A stretch of 54,065 nt of DNA, the filler included, from Dimargaris cristalligena (lineage: Eukaryota): NCBI GenBank assembly GCA_003614675.1. It is 2 parts of 2 records of this genome, joined end to end, with 100 filler letters (N's around TTAATTAATTAA, not from the genome) between each part and the next. Parts side by side here need not be neighbours in the genome. Positions count along the whole stretch, not along the records: positions 1 to 26,983 come from ML002528.1; 1 more part is not named here. One strand, 5' to 3'. Below the pieces are notes generated by a model. It had not been told where the DNA came from, did no database searches, and saw nothing but the letters and a program-made list of their open reading frames with translations. The translations under genes were made by a program, and so were the position numbers. Shown here piece after piece: positions 1-13,054 of the stretch (within the stretch, counting starts at the first letter, position 1; each line of letters opens with the position of its first letter).

Positions 1-1018
1 TGGGCATACCCCCTCCCCATCGCAATATAGGCCAAGTCTCCTTGGCTTATGTTGGTGGCGATGGATGGGTGGATAATATAGGGGGGGAAGGTTATGTCCG
101 TCCTCTAAAGGTCACGTGACCTAAATATGATGGCCCCCCTATATGGATTTTACCCTATATAGTCGGGTTGAACTTTACCCATATTCTTATGGGGAGATGT
201 CTATATTGCTATCTTATACACCACTTAAAAAGGAAACACCCCAGAAAACTATAGATGGGAAATTGTGGATAGCCGAAAATACCCAAATAGTTGGTGGGCC
301 GCGCAGTACTGAATGTGCCGTAATTACAGTGTACTTTTGGAAAGCTGGCGCAGACGGTAGTCCCACTGACGTATGCTTGACCTTGGATTAGAGCATGTAG
401 TACAAAAAGTAAGTGACATTAATCATACAGTCTCATTTCAGCGAAGGGTTCGATATAATTGGCGTTGAACATTGTATATTTTTGGGACACCACTATTGTT
501 TCAGTGACCGGGTAGTACTATGTCCTCGGTTGAAAAGAAGGGCGCACCGAAATCCTATTTTGTGTGGGATGATAGGCTATTCCTACTAGAAGTGCATTTG
601 CCTTATTCTTGGCTTGTTTTCGTTGGACCCATCGACAATAATGGCGCACCTCCCTACTACCTAATAGTGTAACGTTCCCTTATTTCCCAGACTGGGTGGG
701 AGTGCTAAGGACTGGCAATGCGACTTTCACTTGAGGCACAGGAGCTATAGTATTTTTACCATTACTCTTACGCACTTAGTGGCACCACCCCATGCGGATA
801 CCCCTTGTTAAATGCGGAAGGGTGGTCATCATCTATACCCCCCCATCTCGGGATTGAAACATATAAATAGCGGGCCAAGCATCCGCATCTCAGACTCCCC
901 ACCCGCCAATCCCCCTACTTTCATTACGTATAGACTGTATTCGTGTTTTTATAAACACTCTATTTATTTAGTGCCTCGGTTTCATTTGGTGTTATTACTT
1001 CAACCCCACTGTGATAAA

Positions 1019-2011
1019 ATGCCTCTTCCTTACCTTCGGGCGCTCTTTCGTTGGGCCCAGGTTCCCGCCGTATCCCACTTGGGCCTTATAGCCCTAATGA
1101 CACTACTGAGCGCCAGTCAGCTCACCTGGGTCGCTAATGGGTCACCGCATAACATGGAAGAATTGGGCTCGTTATATATGCGTGAGGGTATATATACGGA
1201 GCTGGCTTCGGCCACGGCATTGAGTGCGACTCTCCCCCAATACCTAATTTCCGATTTAGACCTGTTGCCCGATGATACCCCCGTTGTGATTATTGGGGAC
1301 GTCCACGGGTGCATCAAAGAACTCAACCAGCTCATTGAGATTATTACCAATCAACTCGGCGACAATGTGCACTACATCTTTGCCGGGGATATGGTTGCGA
1401 AAGGCCCCGGCTCCGCGGAGGTCGTGGCCAAAGCCATCGAGCTCAACGCCAGCTGTGTACGGGGTAACCATGACCAACGGGTGCTCACCAGCCGGTACTT
1501 CCAGGACCGGAACTTGCCCATCGACCCCACCCTCCCCTCTGGCCTGGGTATCAAGGAAACCCATTGGGAAATAGCGCAGGCGTTCTCGCCCGAGGCCATC
1601 CATTATCTCCAGCAATGTCCCCTCGTTTTGAAATTGCCCGCCCAGTACCAGGGCCTGGTGGTGCACGCCGGGGTGAATCCGACCAAGTCCCTAGCCAACC
1701 AAACCCCAGTGGAACTCATGACCATGCGTAATATGCTAGGCGACCAGGCGGTGCCTATCATGAAGGAAGGCCGGCCCTGGTTCGATGTCTGGGAAGAGGC
1801 CGTGGCCAACAACAAAATTGCGGTCGATTTCGAGGGTCTGGAACGTATTTACTATGGACATGCCGCTAGCCGACGGATTCAAGATCTCCCTAGCTCGCTG
1901 GGCTTGGATTCCGCCTGCGTTACTGGGGGTCAACTCACCGCGGTCATTCTTCCTGGAAATCAGCTGGTGAGCGTGGACTGCGACGTCTACGAAATAAAAA
2001 TACAAAAATGA
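1019..2011 (+). CDS. Calcineurin-like metallophosphoesterase (Ppn2/YNL217W- or ApaH-like) with an N-terminal hydrophobic segment
   Basis: Intronless ORF with motifs GDVHG, GDMVAKG, RGNHD, VHAG, YGH and LDSAC. ATG 1019 (MPLPYL...) is more plausible than 812; the hydrophobic stretch HLGLIALMTLLSASQLTWV suggests a signal anchor or signal peptide. Confidence 0.85.
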   Translation: MPLPYLRALFRWAQVPAVSHLGLIALMTLLSASQLTWVANGSPHNMEELGSLYMREGIYTELASATALSATLPQYLISDLDLLPDDTPVVIIGDVHGCIKELNQLIEIITNQLGDNVHYIFAGDMVAKGPGSAEVVAKAIELNASCVRGNHDQRVLTSRYFQDRNLPIDPTLPSGLGIKETHWEIAQAFSPEAIHYLQQCPLVLKLPAQYQGLVVHAGVNPTKSLANQTPVELMTMRNMLGDQAVPIMKEGRPWFDVWEEAVANNKIAVDFEGLERIYYGHAASRRIQDLPSSLGLDSACVTGGQLTAVILPGNQLVSVDCDVYEIKIQK

Positions 2012-4586
2012 TCAGATGAGCAAAGTAATTGGTTAGAATTTAATAAAATTTATTAACGTTGGATGACACTGATGATGCTAGTGGTTAGTGAATGAATGGA
2101 CCAAACCACTTTGCTTTAGAAAAGGGCTAATGGCCTCCTTACATGAGAAAGCACATCTATCTTCAATGATCCCTAAAAATAATCGGGATACATTAGATAT
2201 CTGATGGCCAATTTCGAGGGGGTCTAAAATTGCCCCCGCATTTTCGGGGAAAGTGATACTTGGCTTCGGCTTCCGCTTTCGCTTAAAAGCCCTATAACCC
2301 AATACCGGGACCCTTTGGGGGAGAAGGGAAAAAGTATTCTGTCAGTGCATGGGAGTATGAACAGGTATGAGTGTTATACCTTCCCGTTTTTTTTACCCCA
2401 ACCCCCTTTTAGTGGACCTTCAATTGTGGCATTTGGTGAACGGCCCGCGGCTCCAGGTGCCGTTTCAAATGAATTGCTCTGCTAACTATGCCAAGTAGAT
2501 CTGACGCCTGTGTTACTCACCTGGACTCATATGTGCCTCTATCGGTCATAGCTGGGCCCATCAATTTAAAACCCGACCATACCAGCTGCACCAATCAATT
2601 TCACACGGGGGCTCATTATTACTTACCTGGGTATCACAGTCACCCCAATCTACGCCGCTTGCTCCGAAATTCTACATACACCACACGTGCTTGAACCACC
2701 GCTTTGCAATTTCAGCTCTAGTGGATGTAGCGCACTTGGCCAATCTCCGGTATAATCCATAATCTGCAATATTATGGAAAGTATTTTTAGCTTTTTGGGC
2801 TTGGGGGAGGACGGCTGTTGTACAGACCTTTCAATTTCGTATCTCACTCCGTCCCCGCCCTCCAACTATGGCTATACCACAAACCCAATAAGGACCACAA
2901 TGCGAATATTAATAGTGGTTATATAATTAGAAGTACGGTAAACCTACTAAGATATTCAGATTCACTACTATCAATTGTATCAATTGGATTTCGTCTGTGA
3001 TATGGGGTGAACCAAAATCCTCTGGGCCCCATTTAGTAAAGACTCCTCATCCGTACAACCTATAAATACAGTACATCGTCAATGTGGCTGTTTGGTGCCC
3101 TCAGATGGACTCAACTGCGCTTCCCGTATATATTATATTTATGTATAGTCTAGTTGGTAAATCCGTCGGCCTTTGGAAACACCTTTCCTTTTAGCGCAAT
3201 CCCCACGTGAGTTGTAGGGGGAATAGGGACTATGCTTCCCTTGTTACAGGGGCGCGGTCGTGATTGGTTCTCGTTTTTCCCCTCCTTTGAACATTACACC
3301 AAAAACTGCCACTCCTTATTTCATTCATTTTTTTCGACTTCTTTCGTTATTGAATTATAAACACGGATGGTGGAGGTACTTGTGGACTAATGGGTGTAAA
3401 GCGTACCTTCTTAAGTCAAAATGGGACTTATGGGTGGTTTGGCTGATGAATGTTGCCGATTAAGTGCCTGTTCATTTAGTACCCCGGTCAAGTGTGGGCG
3501 CTATTATAGACCCTTTGGTCTTATCTTTCGGTTTTCTTCTCAATCCCCCCTTCAATCCTACGGGATATAGCTCAATACCATTAGATGCTTTTTAAAATGT
3601 AGTGTGAGTGGGGAGGGGGGATAAGCTGGGCTAATTTATTTGACCCCTTATAACCCAACTTGGTGGACGGATTTCTGACTGTCTCACTTGACCAGCCCTA
3701 TCCCGTTGCAAAGCCCTGGTCCCCAATGTCAGCGGCGGGGGAAATGATCCAAAATAGGGTTGGTGTTGTTTGTAGTACCAAGGACCAATATGTTCTCCCT
3801 AACGTCAACTTCCAATATGGCTGGTACGGTAAGTCAACGGGACCAATGGAATGTCGGATTGAACAGGGCTCAATCTAGCTATATAACAAAGCCAACGATT
3901 GATAAACCGGAGTGTACCAGCCGAAAATGGTTTCCCCGCCCAGTGTGCCATTTACATTTACATTTTATCTCAAAACACGCACAGTTGCGTGGAATTTTAC
4001 CCAGCTGTTAATTTAAACCAATCGTTACAGTTTAGGCCTTATTTCCATATATCACTCTAGATTAGACCATACCTATAAACTTCCGTCAATGGCAATATAA
4101 TTGCCAGGGTGGGATGGTAGTGAAGATTCACATTTAATCAATGAAAAAGGGTGAAGTAGCAACTGGATTGCGAACGATGGAGAGGTTGACGAAGAATGTA
4201 GCACATCGGAGAGCAGGGTAGTAATAAACGCTGAATATATAAAAAAAAAAAGAGGGGCGGAAATGAGAGAGAGAAAGAAGTGGCGAATTGTGAAGGAGGA
4301 GAAAGGCATGTGTGCTTTACAAGGTGGAAGAGAATTTGACTGGTAAGCCGATTCGAGAAACTATGGGATAGTGGACTGTATCAGATACTTGAAGGTGGAT
4401 ACTCGTGCCTGATATCAAACTATCCCAACATTTCTTAGCAACTTCTGTTAAAAAAAACAATATAGCTCCATAGTATCGATATCAAGTGAGTGGCCAAACC
4501 AGAACGAGCACCCTGGAGATTGCGGCACAGAAGACGAAACACGACCATCCTACACGGTAAGCAAAATGACGAAAACGGACACCCCA

Positions 4587-6052
4587 CTACTTGAAGAGTT
4601 TCTTGAGACTGGTGTTGGATTCGGAGTCCTTCTTCATAATCTTAGCCACGGCCATTTCGAAGTCCTCTTGATTCACATGCACACGGCGTTCGCGAAGGGC
4701 ATACATGCCCGCCTCGGTGCACACACCCTTGACCTCAGCCCCGCTCGAGCCGTTCATCTTTTCGGCAATCTTGCGCAGGTTGATACCTCGGGTCAGGTTC
4801 ATTTTACGGGAATGGATCTTGAGGATATCCAGACGGGCCGATTCGGCTGGTGGGGGGAATTCGATCTTACGGTCGATCCGGCCCGGGCGGAGTAGGGCCG
4901 AGTCCAGAATGTCGATACGGTTAGTGGCCATAATCACCTTGATGTTCTTGGAGGGTTCGAAACCATCCAGCTGGTTGAGCAGTTCCAACATGGTACGTTG
5001 GACTTCCGAATCGCCACCACCACCGCCACCGGAGTCGCCCCGGGACGAACCAATCGAATCGATTTCATCCATAAAGATAATCGACGGAGCGTGTTCACGG
5101 GCCATAACGAACAGTTCACGGACCATCCGGCTACCTTCACCAATGTACTTTTGGACCAGTTCCGAGCCAGAGACACGGATAAATCGGCAGTCGGTGTGGT
5201 GAGCTACCGCACGGGCGAGCAGCGTCTTACCAGTACCGGGAGGGCCGTACAGTAGGACCCCCTTGGGCTGTTCGATACCCAACGTCTCGAAGAGTTCGGG
5301 ATGTTTAACCGGGAGTTCAATCACTTCCTTGATTTCCTTGATTTGTTTGTCGAGGCCGCCTACCATTTCATAGGTCGAGTCGGGTACTTTTTCGACCATC
5401 ATCAAACTGACCAGGGGGTCGATCTTGCTGGGGAGCACCTTGTGAAGTAAGTGGGAGTCGCTACGGAGGGCCACACGCTGGGAAGCGTTCAGCTTATTGA
5501 CGTCGATGTCGGGTGCAATATCCACCACGTACTTACCCTCGGGTTGGATCTTAACGAATACCTTCTTCTTGCCCATGGGCTTGATAACTTCGCCGACATA
5601 GGACCCTGGTTCCTGGAGAAGTTGGAGTTCTTCCCGGAGCAACCGGACTGATGGAAAGGGGGGAAAACGAGTGGTAAAGATGAGGGTGGGGTGTGTGGTA
5701 TTCATAAGGTGAATCATCCACATGGCTAATGCTTTGAAAGCGTTATACAGGGGGTCGCTATGTTATCCCAGATTGGGAGGGCGACGCCAAATGCAATGCT
5801 CGCCACTGAATGGGAGAACCAACCGCGCAGCGAGAAGGTATGACACATCAGACTGGGGGACAATAGGAATCACGAAAGGCGAAGCGGGAATAGCCTTATA
5901 GCAAAGAAGGTTCACATACCTTTGGCATTCAGAGTATTTCGCTGAGCCTCCAGGCGTCGGAGATTCTGGGTTTTCTCGACAATGACCAGTTCAGTTTCCT
6001 GAATTTTGGAAACATAGTAGTTGTGGAGTCCGTCGTCGCTCATGATGACCAT
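4587..6052 (-). CDS. RPT6: 26S proteasome regulatory ATPase Rpt6 (PSMC5)
   Basis: Exons complement(5920-6052, 4587-5647), intron GTATGT...CAG, 397 aa. Exon 1 reads [52 protein letters not shown]. Contains Walker A GPPGTGKT, Walker [19 protein letters not shown] and the C-terminus KKLFK. Confidence 0.97.
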
Positions 6053-6740
6053 CGAAGTACCGAAAGGGCTATTCGGAGAGGGGGGCGGAGTACGGGGGGG
6101 ATCAACGCACCGCAGGGGGGGAGCGGAGTAAAAAAGAGGAGGGAAGAGTAAGACTTAGATGGAACAGAGGTTCGGAGATGCTATAGGGTTTAAGATGAAT
6201 CAGTAAAGCAAGTGAAGGAAATAGAAGTAAAGTGTAAGATGAGGTTTGCAATGGAAACGGAAAGAGTCACAAGGGTCCGCATGCATCAGTCAACAGCATC
6301 CGTAATAGAGACGAGCGCGACTTGGGTGGTGTCAACTATACCCACCATTATTAAGCGAGCCTTCCAGCCTGTTCGATAGGCAACCACCACTAGGAGGGCT
6401 TAATGCGTGCTTTACCAGTTTCAGCTATAGATACCAACTCCCTTAGTTCGTTATGCCAAGGAGTCAACCACCGGACACGTGACACGTCTAATGAGGGTGG
6501 ACTGTGGTCGGCTTCTCCAATGGATTTAATGGGGCGAAACATTACTAGGCCTCGTTGACGAGAGAGCCCACTACGTTATTCGAGTTGGGCAAGGCAGTAG
6601 GGGAATCTAGCTATCCCGAAATATGTACCCCATGTAATGCCCCGGGATTCCCTTCGTTCTCCTATATAAATAAATACAATCTTCAACGAACCGGCCTCCG
6701 TTCACTTCGCTCGCCATAAACACCAACGAAGCATTCCAAC

Positions 6741-9700
6741 ATGCCGGTGGTCCTGTCCCAGCGCCTTGCAAATTGGGTCCAGGGGAGTCTTCCCATGGCC
6801 TCTGCCGTTCGTAACCTTCGTTCAACCGCGCATTGGCCCAGTGTGAGCCTAACAAGAGGCTATGCCGAACAGGCAATGCCTCAAGCGAACGCACCACCGG
6901 TAAGTAAGGCGGCCTTGGACATAGTATAGCTATAGGACTCGCCAGAGTAGCACAAGAGGGTAAACAAAACCCATTATTAGAAAAATGGGGCTACTATTTC
7001 CTAACGTTCCCCCCTGGCCATGGCCCATTTAACCATTTCCACCTATTATTTTGATTAACTGACCATGTTCCCTCGAAAATGCCGATTATAGCCCGCCTGC
7101 TACATATCGACCACCGATGATCCTTTCATAAATCTGGCTATTGAGGAATGGTAAGTTGAGGGTACCCCACGAATCTATCAAGACTATTACCGGTTGTACA
7201 CTAGATATACAGTACGTCGGTAGTAATTTATGGCCTCACACTATTTCGCTGTCCCGGCACCTCCTAACGCGCGTGCACCCTAGGTTATTGCGGCATAGTG
7301 ACCCCGATCGAATGACTTTGTATCTTTGGCGTAATCGACCATGTGTCGTTATTGGTCGTAACCAGGTAATGTTAGATACATCACCCAGTATAATACCAAT
7401 TATATACGTTTTTATTCCCGGTACTACCCTTTTTCGATCGAGCTATTAATTCCATCAACCTCCAGCCATTTGGGAAATGCAACCTTATGAATTGTCTGTA
7501 TATAGAATCCCTGGAAGGAATGTGACCAAGTCACTATGAAGCAAAAAGATATCTGGCTTGTTCGCCGCCAGAGTGGCGGTGGTACCGTTTACCATGTAAG
7601 TAATATGCTGTCCATTAATCCACATATAGTATAAGGGCGACCTAAACGAACAATGTTTTTTAGTAAATCTCCTAGACTCTATATCCATCATAACTCAAGA
7701 AATATCTCCCTATCCTATATTATCAACTGTTAACTATGCCATTTGCTCTAACAGGATCTGGGCAATAGTCTTTACACAGTCATCATGCCCCGCAGCAAGT
7801 TCACGCGGAAGGCCAGCGCCCAACTGGTGGCCCGGGCTCTCCATATGCTGGATATCCCCGCCGGTGTCAATGAGCGCCACGATATCACAATCGGAAATCG
7901 AAAGGTAGAATATATATTTATACATTAAGTTTCCAAATGACATGTATAGACATTGTTAGCCGGAGCGGAAGTAAGTCCGGATCGCATGCTACTAACCATA
8001 TAATTTTTGGCTTGAGTGTGATCTATCTTGTATTTGACTATCCTTGAATACTTCTATGGTTGAATAGATATCCGGATCGGCCTACAAAATCATCGGGAAA
8101 AGTGCATATCACCACGGCACGATGCTCATCAACTCCAACTTAACCTCCCTCTCTGACTGCTTGAAAAACAGCCGGGTAAGTCATTTAGAAACTCATGGGA
8201 GATTTACGACTGGGCACTGCTAGAAATATAAGTGAAAGTGTGTTTAGTTTATTATCAATGAACTCGAATGTCGGGACCATATATTAGAGCGGAATCCTGC
8301 CCCGATACCAATATTCCTATTTTTGTACTAACCCCCGCTGAATATGGTGACTACGATGATTGGCTATTCCTTTGACAAACTGCGTCCTTTAGGTATCAAT
8401 TGTTAGTAAAGGCGTGGAAAGTGTCCGCTCACCAGTTACCAAGCTGGCCGACTATTCGCTAACTGTAAACCACAAGGCTTTTTGTGACGCTGTACAATCG
8501 GAATTTGAACAGAGTTATTGTGACGCGGGTAATAATGTACGACATTCCTATTATTCAGTATACGGGTATGCTTAAGTCGAGGAGTAATGCAAGTCTAGTT
8601 AATCCTGGGTACCAATACGAGAGTAAATAGTTTAGTGCGAATATAGAGTGCAGCTGCCACTTTGAACTTGACTAAACGAGGTTGTTAATCGTTTTCCCCA
8701 TGATAACAATGCATGAATGCCCATCGAATATAGTTAACACCCATCTACATTGACAAACGCATGGCTGATGGCATCCAGCATATCGCCGAATATGAAACCA
8801 AACTTAAAGTAAGTCGCCCTACTACGTTTAAACTTGGCCATTTGGGCAGATTGCCTATGAATCCCTGCTATAATCGAATTAGTGACTGGTTTCTGAGTAA
8901 CTAACGCAATTTGATGATATTTATGTGACTGTGTGGGTATGCTACTCTATTTCCCCTGGATTTTACCACAGAGCTGGGACTGGGTTTACGGCCAAACCCC
9001 TGAGTTTGAAAACACGATTGATTGCCAGCCAATCGGGCTCTCTGCTGTAAGTTCATGTTCAACCCGGTTATGAAAATTATTTCGGCACTTTGATTGATTA
9101 TATTTATAGTATGATGTGTCTTTGGGTGCGGTGTTTCGGTGGGGAATGATCATAGTGGCCTAGTTTGGCCAAACGTGTACCTGGTGGCTTCCCCTGATAA
9201 ATCACCGATGCTTTACCACATGTATTTTTATATCCGTACATAGCGACTTATTATTAAGGTCCGACACGGTTTAATTCAAGAATGGACCTTTGCTGGTATT
9301 GAAGGTGGTGCTGGTGGAACTCAAGCCAGCCTTCAACCAATAGCTCTAGCCATGAAAGGTACAGTTAGATTATAAATTGAATGCCAGTGATACGACTGTT
9401 GCCCTTCGGCGATTAATAATACCGAGTTACCTTGATATCGGGGCTGTTCGACTGTGCCATTAATGGTCTACCCTATGCAACCATATGTATCGCATACATA
9501 CACTAACTTGTGCCTTTTATATATATATATATATATACTGATATACGTACCATTAATTTGGTCCCTTGCCCAATACTGCCATTTGCGTAATGTGCCGTGT
9601 CTCCGGTGGTCAGGGATTCGCTATGGTCCAGAGCCCGTTCGACAGGTGCTTATGGAGCTACTATCTGATGGAGCCAGCGACCCATCGGTGATGTCAAGTT

Positions 9701-9750
9701 CAGTCGGAGACCGCCAGTCCTGGGTGGCCCATATTGTGAATCGACTGTAG
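6741..9750 (+). CDS. AIM22: Lipoate-protein ligase A / lipoyltransferase (Aim22/Lip3/LIPT1-like), probably mitochondrial
   Basis: 11 exons: 6741-6899, 7092-7150, 7284-7365, 7506-7595, 7755-7904, 8068-8175, 8393-8536, 8734-8808, 8972-9046, 9244-9358, 9614-9750. All introns GT-AG; joined CDS is 1194 nt in frame (397 aa). LplA motifs [82 protein letters not shown]. Arg/Ser-rich N-terminus resembles a mitochondrial presequence (alternative ATG 6795). Confidence 0.92.
9518..9537. repeat. (TA)n microsatellite in the last intron of the lipoate ligase gene
   Basis: tatatatatatatatatata seen directly. Confidence 0.8.
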
Positions 9751-12700
9751 CACACATTTTGATGATTATTAATGCGGCATATATACAATAAGCGGCTGAT
9801 TAATATACTATGTTCTAAACCAACAGGCCTGGTTTATTTTACTAATAATTCGTTGGTAGCTTATATGTAAAGGAGGCGGTGACTAATCGAACACCGTTCC
9901 CCCGGTACGCGCTGTCCATTATCGTCTGGAATCACACTGTGCTATTTCCTGGAGGCTACCAAATAAATGCCGGAATATTTTTTTTTAAAAAAAAAAAAAG
10001 AAAACGACTAGCAATGTCTGTCTTGTCGGGCGCTTTATTCTTGCTATATAGCCAAATTGAAAACTAGCCATATTAAGAAAATACGAAACTGTCACCTAAA
10101 TTAGCCATTAGAGTGGCAGTTTACCCGAGTACAAGTATCCCCCAAAGGTGAAGGAGTTTGTATTTTTGGACGCCTGCTATGTAGAGTCACCTTATAGAAA
10201 CGAAAATGAGTTTTAATCGCCCAAATCGAGATTCAACCAACTCGACCGGGATTCTATGTACCGATCGGCTATTGTTGCCACAGTTGGGTTGTTTTGAGAG
10301 TCCTCGAAGTCATCGGGGATGCCATAGCGGATCGGATTTCGAGCCGATGTGCTTATCATGATATTTTCCGCGCACTATGGGATGCAGAAAAAGGCGGGGA
10401 GGACTGAGGTTTCTTCTCATAGTATAGGCATGTTGGGCTCGGGTAATAATGATTGGCAGGTAACGGGGTGACATCTGAGATGATTGGAACATTTCCACCT
10501 AACTACTACTGACTCAGTTCGGGAATTCTTAATGTATTCCTTCGAGGCAGTAACACCCCCCTCCTCTTCATCTATTGTATCGGCAGCGATTCCCAGTTAT
10601 TACATCGACTACTTCGGTGCTTTTGCATCATCATATTCGCTGAATATACATGCTTAGATTTATCTTGGACTCCCACACAGCTAAAGGGACACATAGGCAG
10701 CCTATTATATTCATAGTTATGACTGATTGTATTGATGCAACGCATTATCATCGGGGGAAGTTTGCAGATTCGTACCCAGTGATAAGGTTATATTTTTCCC
10801 CTGTCAACCAGATCAGCGATAAATTACACTGTCGTCCAACATTGCGAGCGTTCCCATGGTAACCTGTAGAAAGGGGTAAAAAAAACTGCCTGTACTGTGC
10901 CTGAAGCTTAAGTACCAACGCTGTTAAAACTCTGCGTTCGGGCAAAATAGAGCCTATCGCCTAGACCAGTCCAAAGCCCTTGACGTGGGTAACCTTATGT
11001 TTAACGGCCGAGGACTAGGGGAGGGGAGGGGGGTGCAGTATATTTCCGGAGCAACTTGCATTATATGGAATGCCTGAAGATGCACTCTCCAGGGGAAATA
11101 GACAGTGCTGGTTGACAAATGCGGCATCTAAGGTGCGTTGAGCTCCTAGGCTTATACGGCAGAGCCGGGGCTGCACGCGGCTTTTTGAGTGTATTTCCTA
11201 GTCCCCACACTCGCTTCTACAACACCCCTTTATCAGCCTCGGTCACCCAAAAGTGAGCTCATACCACCTATAAAAAAATCCGGTTTGGAGACGTGGTCAA
11301 TTAGGTCACGCTTATGTTCGAATACGCAAAGAGAAATTAAGAAGGACAATATACCTTCTATTTGGCACGCTATGTGTTTTAATTATTATTTTTTAAAAAA
11401 AAATACATTACATATGACAGTCAAAGAATTGGTCGGTATTGACAGAACGACGTGGCCTTTCAACCGGTTACCATCCAGTGGGATGGCGACGTTATCGTTA
11501 CTGTTGACGGCCCCCCCTCCACTCCGCCGTTCTCTATTGACGCCACATGCTTACAATATCCCTTTAATTATTCCCGACTCAGTGGTTTGACTCGGTTAGG
11601 TAATCTTTGACTGCCGCCCACTAGTTTATGTCATTTTCGTCAATTGGTAAACCCCAACTTAGTACCCCCCAACTGCCAAACATTGTACCCTACGCTTGGC
11701 TGAAATCTTCTAGTTAACAAACTGTATTAACTTACTCAAATTTCACCAATCTCCTTTTACGGTATCTAAGATCCACGTCATTCATATTTAGGGGAGAAGA
11801 CCGCCCCAATCTCTGTTGAATAAAAGTATGGCACTGACGGTTGCCCCGAATGTGACAAAATGCCAGTATTCATGGTACGTTATCCCAACCACTAAATACC
11901 TCGGTTTTTCTCAGTTAATTGGGCACTGTACCAGTATACCTATTGGTCACCGCTACTGGGGGTCAGCTTATTACGCATTTCTACTTGGAGCATGCCCCCC
12001 TTCCTCCCACCTCACCAATCCCCCCGGGCCATACACCACTCCACATAAGCCCCTGGTAAATGATGAAATAATACAGACCAGAAACCTATACATGAACCAC
12101 TACTACCTTTGGTTTATTCCTCGAAACGCCGGAACTGGTATTTCTCTTGAATTGAACTTTGTTATATTAAAAGGTGCTACAAGGAATTCAACCCAATTAG
12201 GAAGGTATCCCGATTTTAAGTTATGGGTGACTCACCCGCATTGCATTAGTACACAAACCTGTATTTTTGCAAGCCGAAAAAAACTAGTCCCCGGGTCTCG
12301 AGCCCGTGGATCGTTTTATATATATATGTTTACATGCCATTACTTCATAGCCACGCACTGGCCAAGTCACCATTAACTTGTATTCTGCAGACCAGTGGGT
12401 CGGAGACGGGTGACTGGGCCCCTCCCTCCTATCCCTCACCCCAGGAATTATGAACCAGGGGAGTGGAAGGGGTATGGATAGCGGGATATAGCAGGCAAGG
12501 AACTACGTCAGTTAAAGATCTGGAGAGCCGAAAATACCAGTAGCCCCGTAGTATGGGCGGTATGTAAAGCATTGGCCATAATGCAAGTGGAAACGGGGGA
12601 GCAAGACGGAGGTGCCGATAAACATGGCTAAATTGGTTTTATTTTTTTAATGCTGATCTGGCTGGTGCGAGCTGCAGAGAATGGCATGGAGGGAGGGAGG

Positions 12701-13025
12701 GGGAGGTCTACACTGTACCATATGACAATGGACCCTGTCCCTTGAGTTGGTGAAGGTCCAAACGGCACCCAGATGAGAAATGCCGTGACTGGGGGTGTAG
12801 AGGTGTGTGTGCGTGTGACAATGGGTGTAGACCTATGTATGAGCGACCCCCTCAGTGAGGCTGCATTTGGTAATAATTACCAACCCGGTCATCGACTGAC
12901 CACTGGTGCCGAAGGGTTGTAGCGTAACACCAGTAGTCCCCACAGTGCCGGGGAAGAGAGGAGGGGGCACTGACGTGGTATCGTAAATTCTCCTTTCGAG
13001 CCTGGTGAGAGAGTTGGTTTTTCCG

Positions 13026-13054
13026 ATAATAATAATAATAATAATAATAATAAT
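13026..13054. repeat. (AAT)n microsatellite, about 9-10 units
   Basis: ataataataataataataataataataat in the intergenic region; source of the spurious poly-I/Y/L ORFs. Confidence 0.85.

Noticed and set aside
812..1018. N-terminal 69-aa extension of the phosphoesterase ORF
   Set aside because: Contains a TATA-like atataaatag and an AT-rich leader; looks like promoter or 5' UTR. ATG 1019 gives a plausible targeting sequence.
5648..5723. ORF-track N-terminus of RPT6 (MWMIHL...)
   Set aside because: Intron sequence; the true exon 1 at 5920-6052 restores the conserved coiled coil.
6053..6740. Rpn4/PACE element (GGTGGCAAA) upstream of RPT6
   Set aside because: No good match found in the divergent promoter; only partial GGTGGT-like sites.
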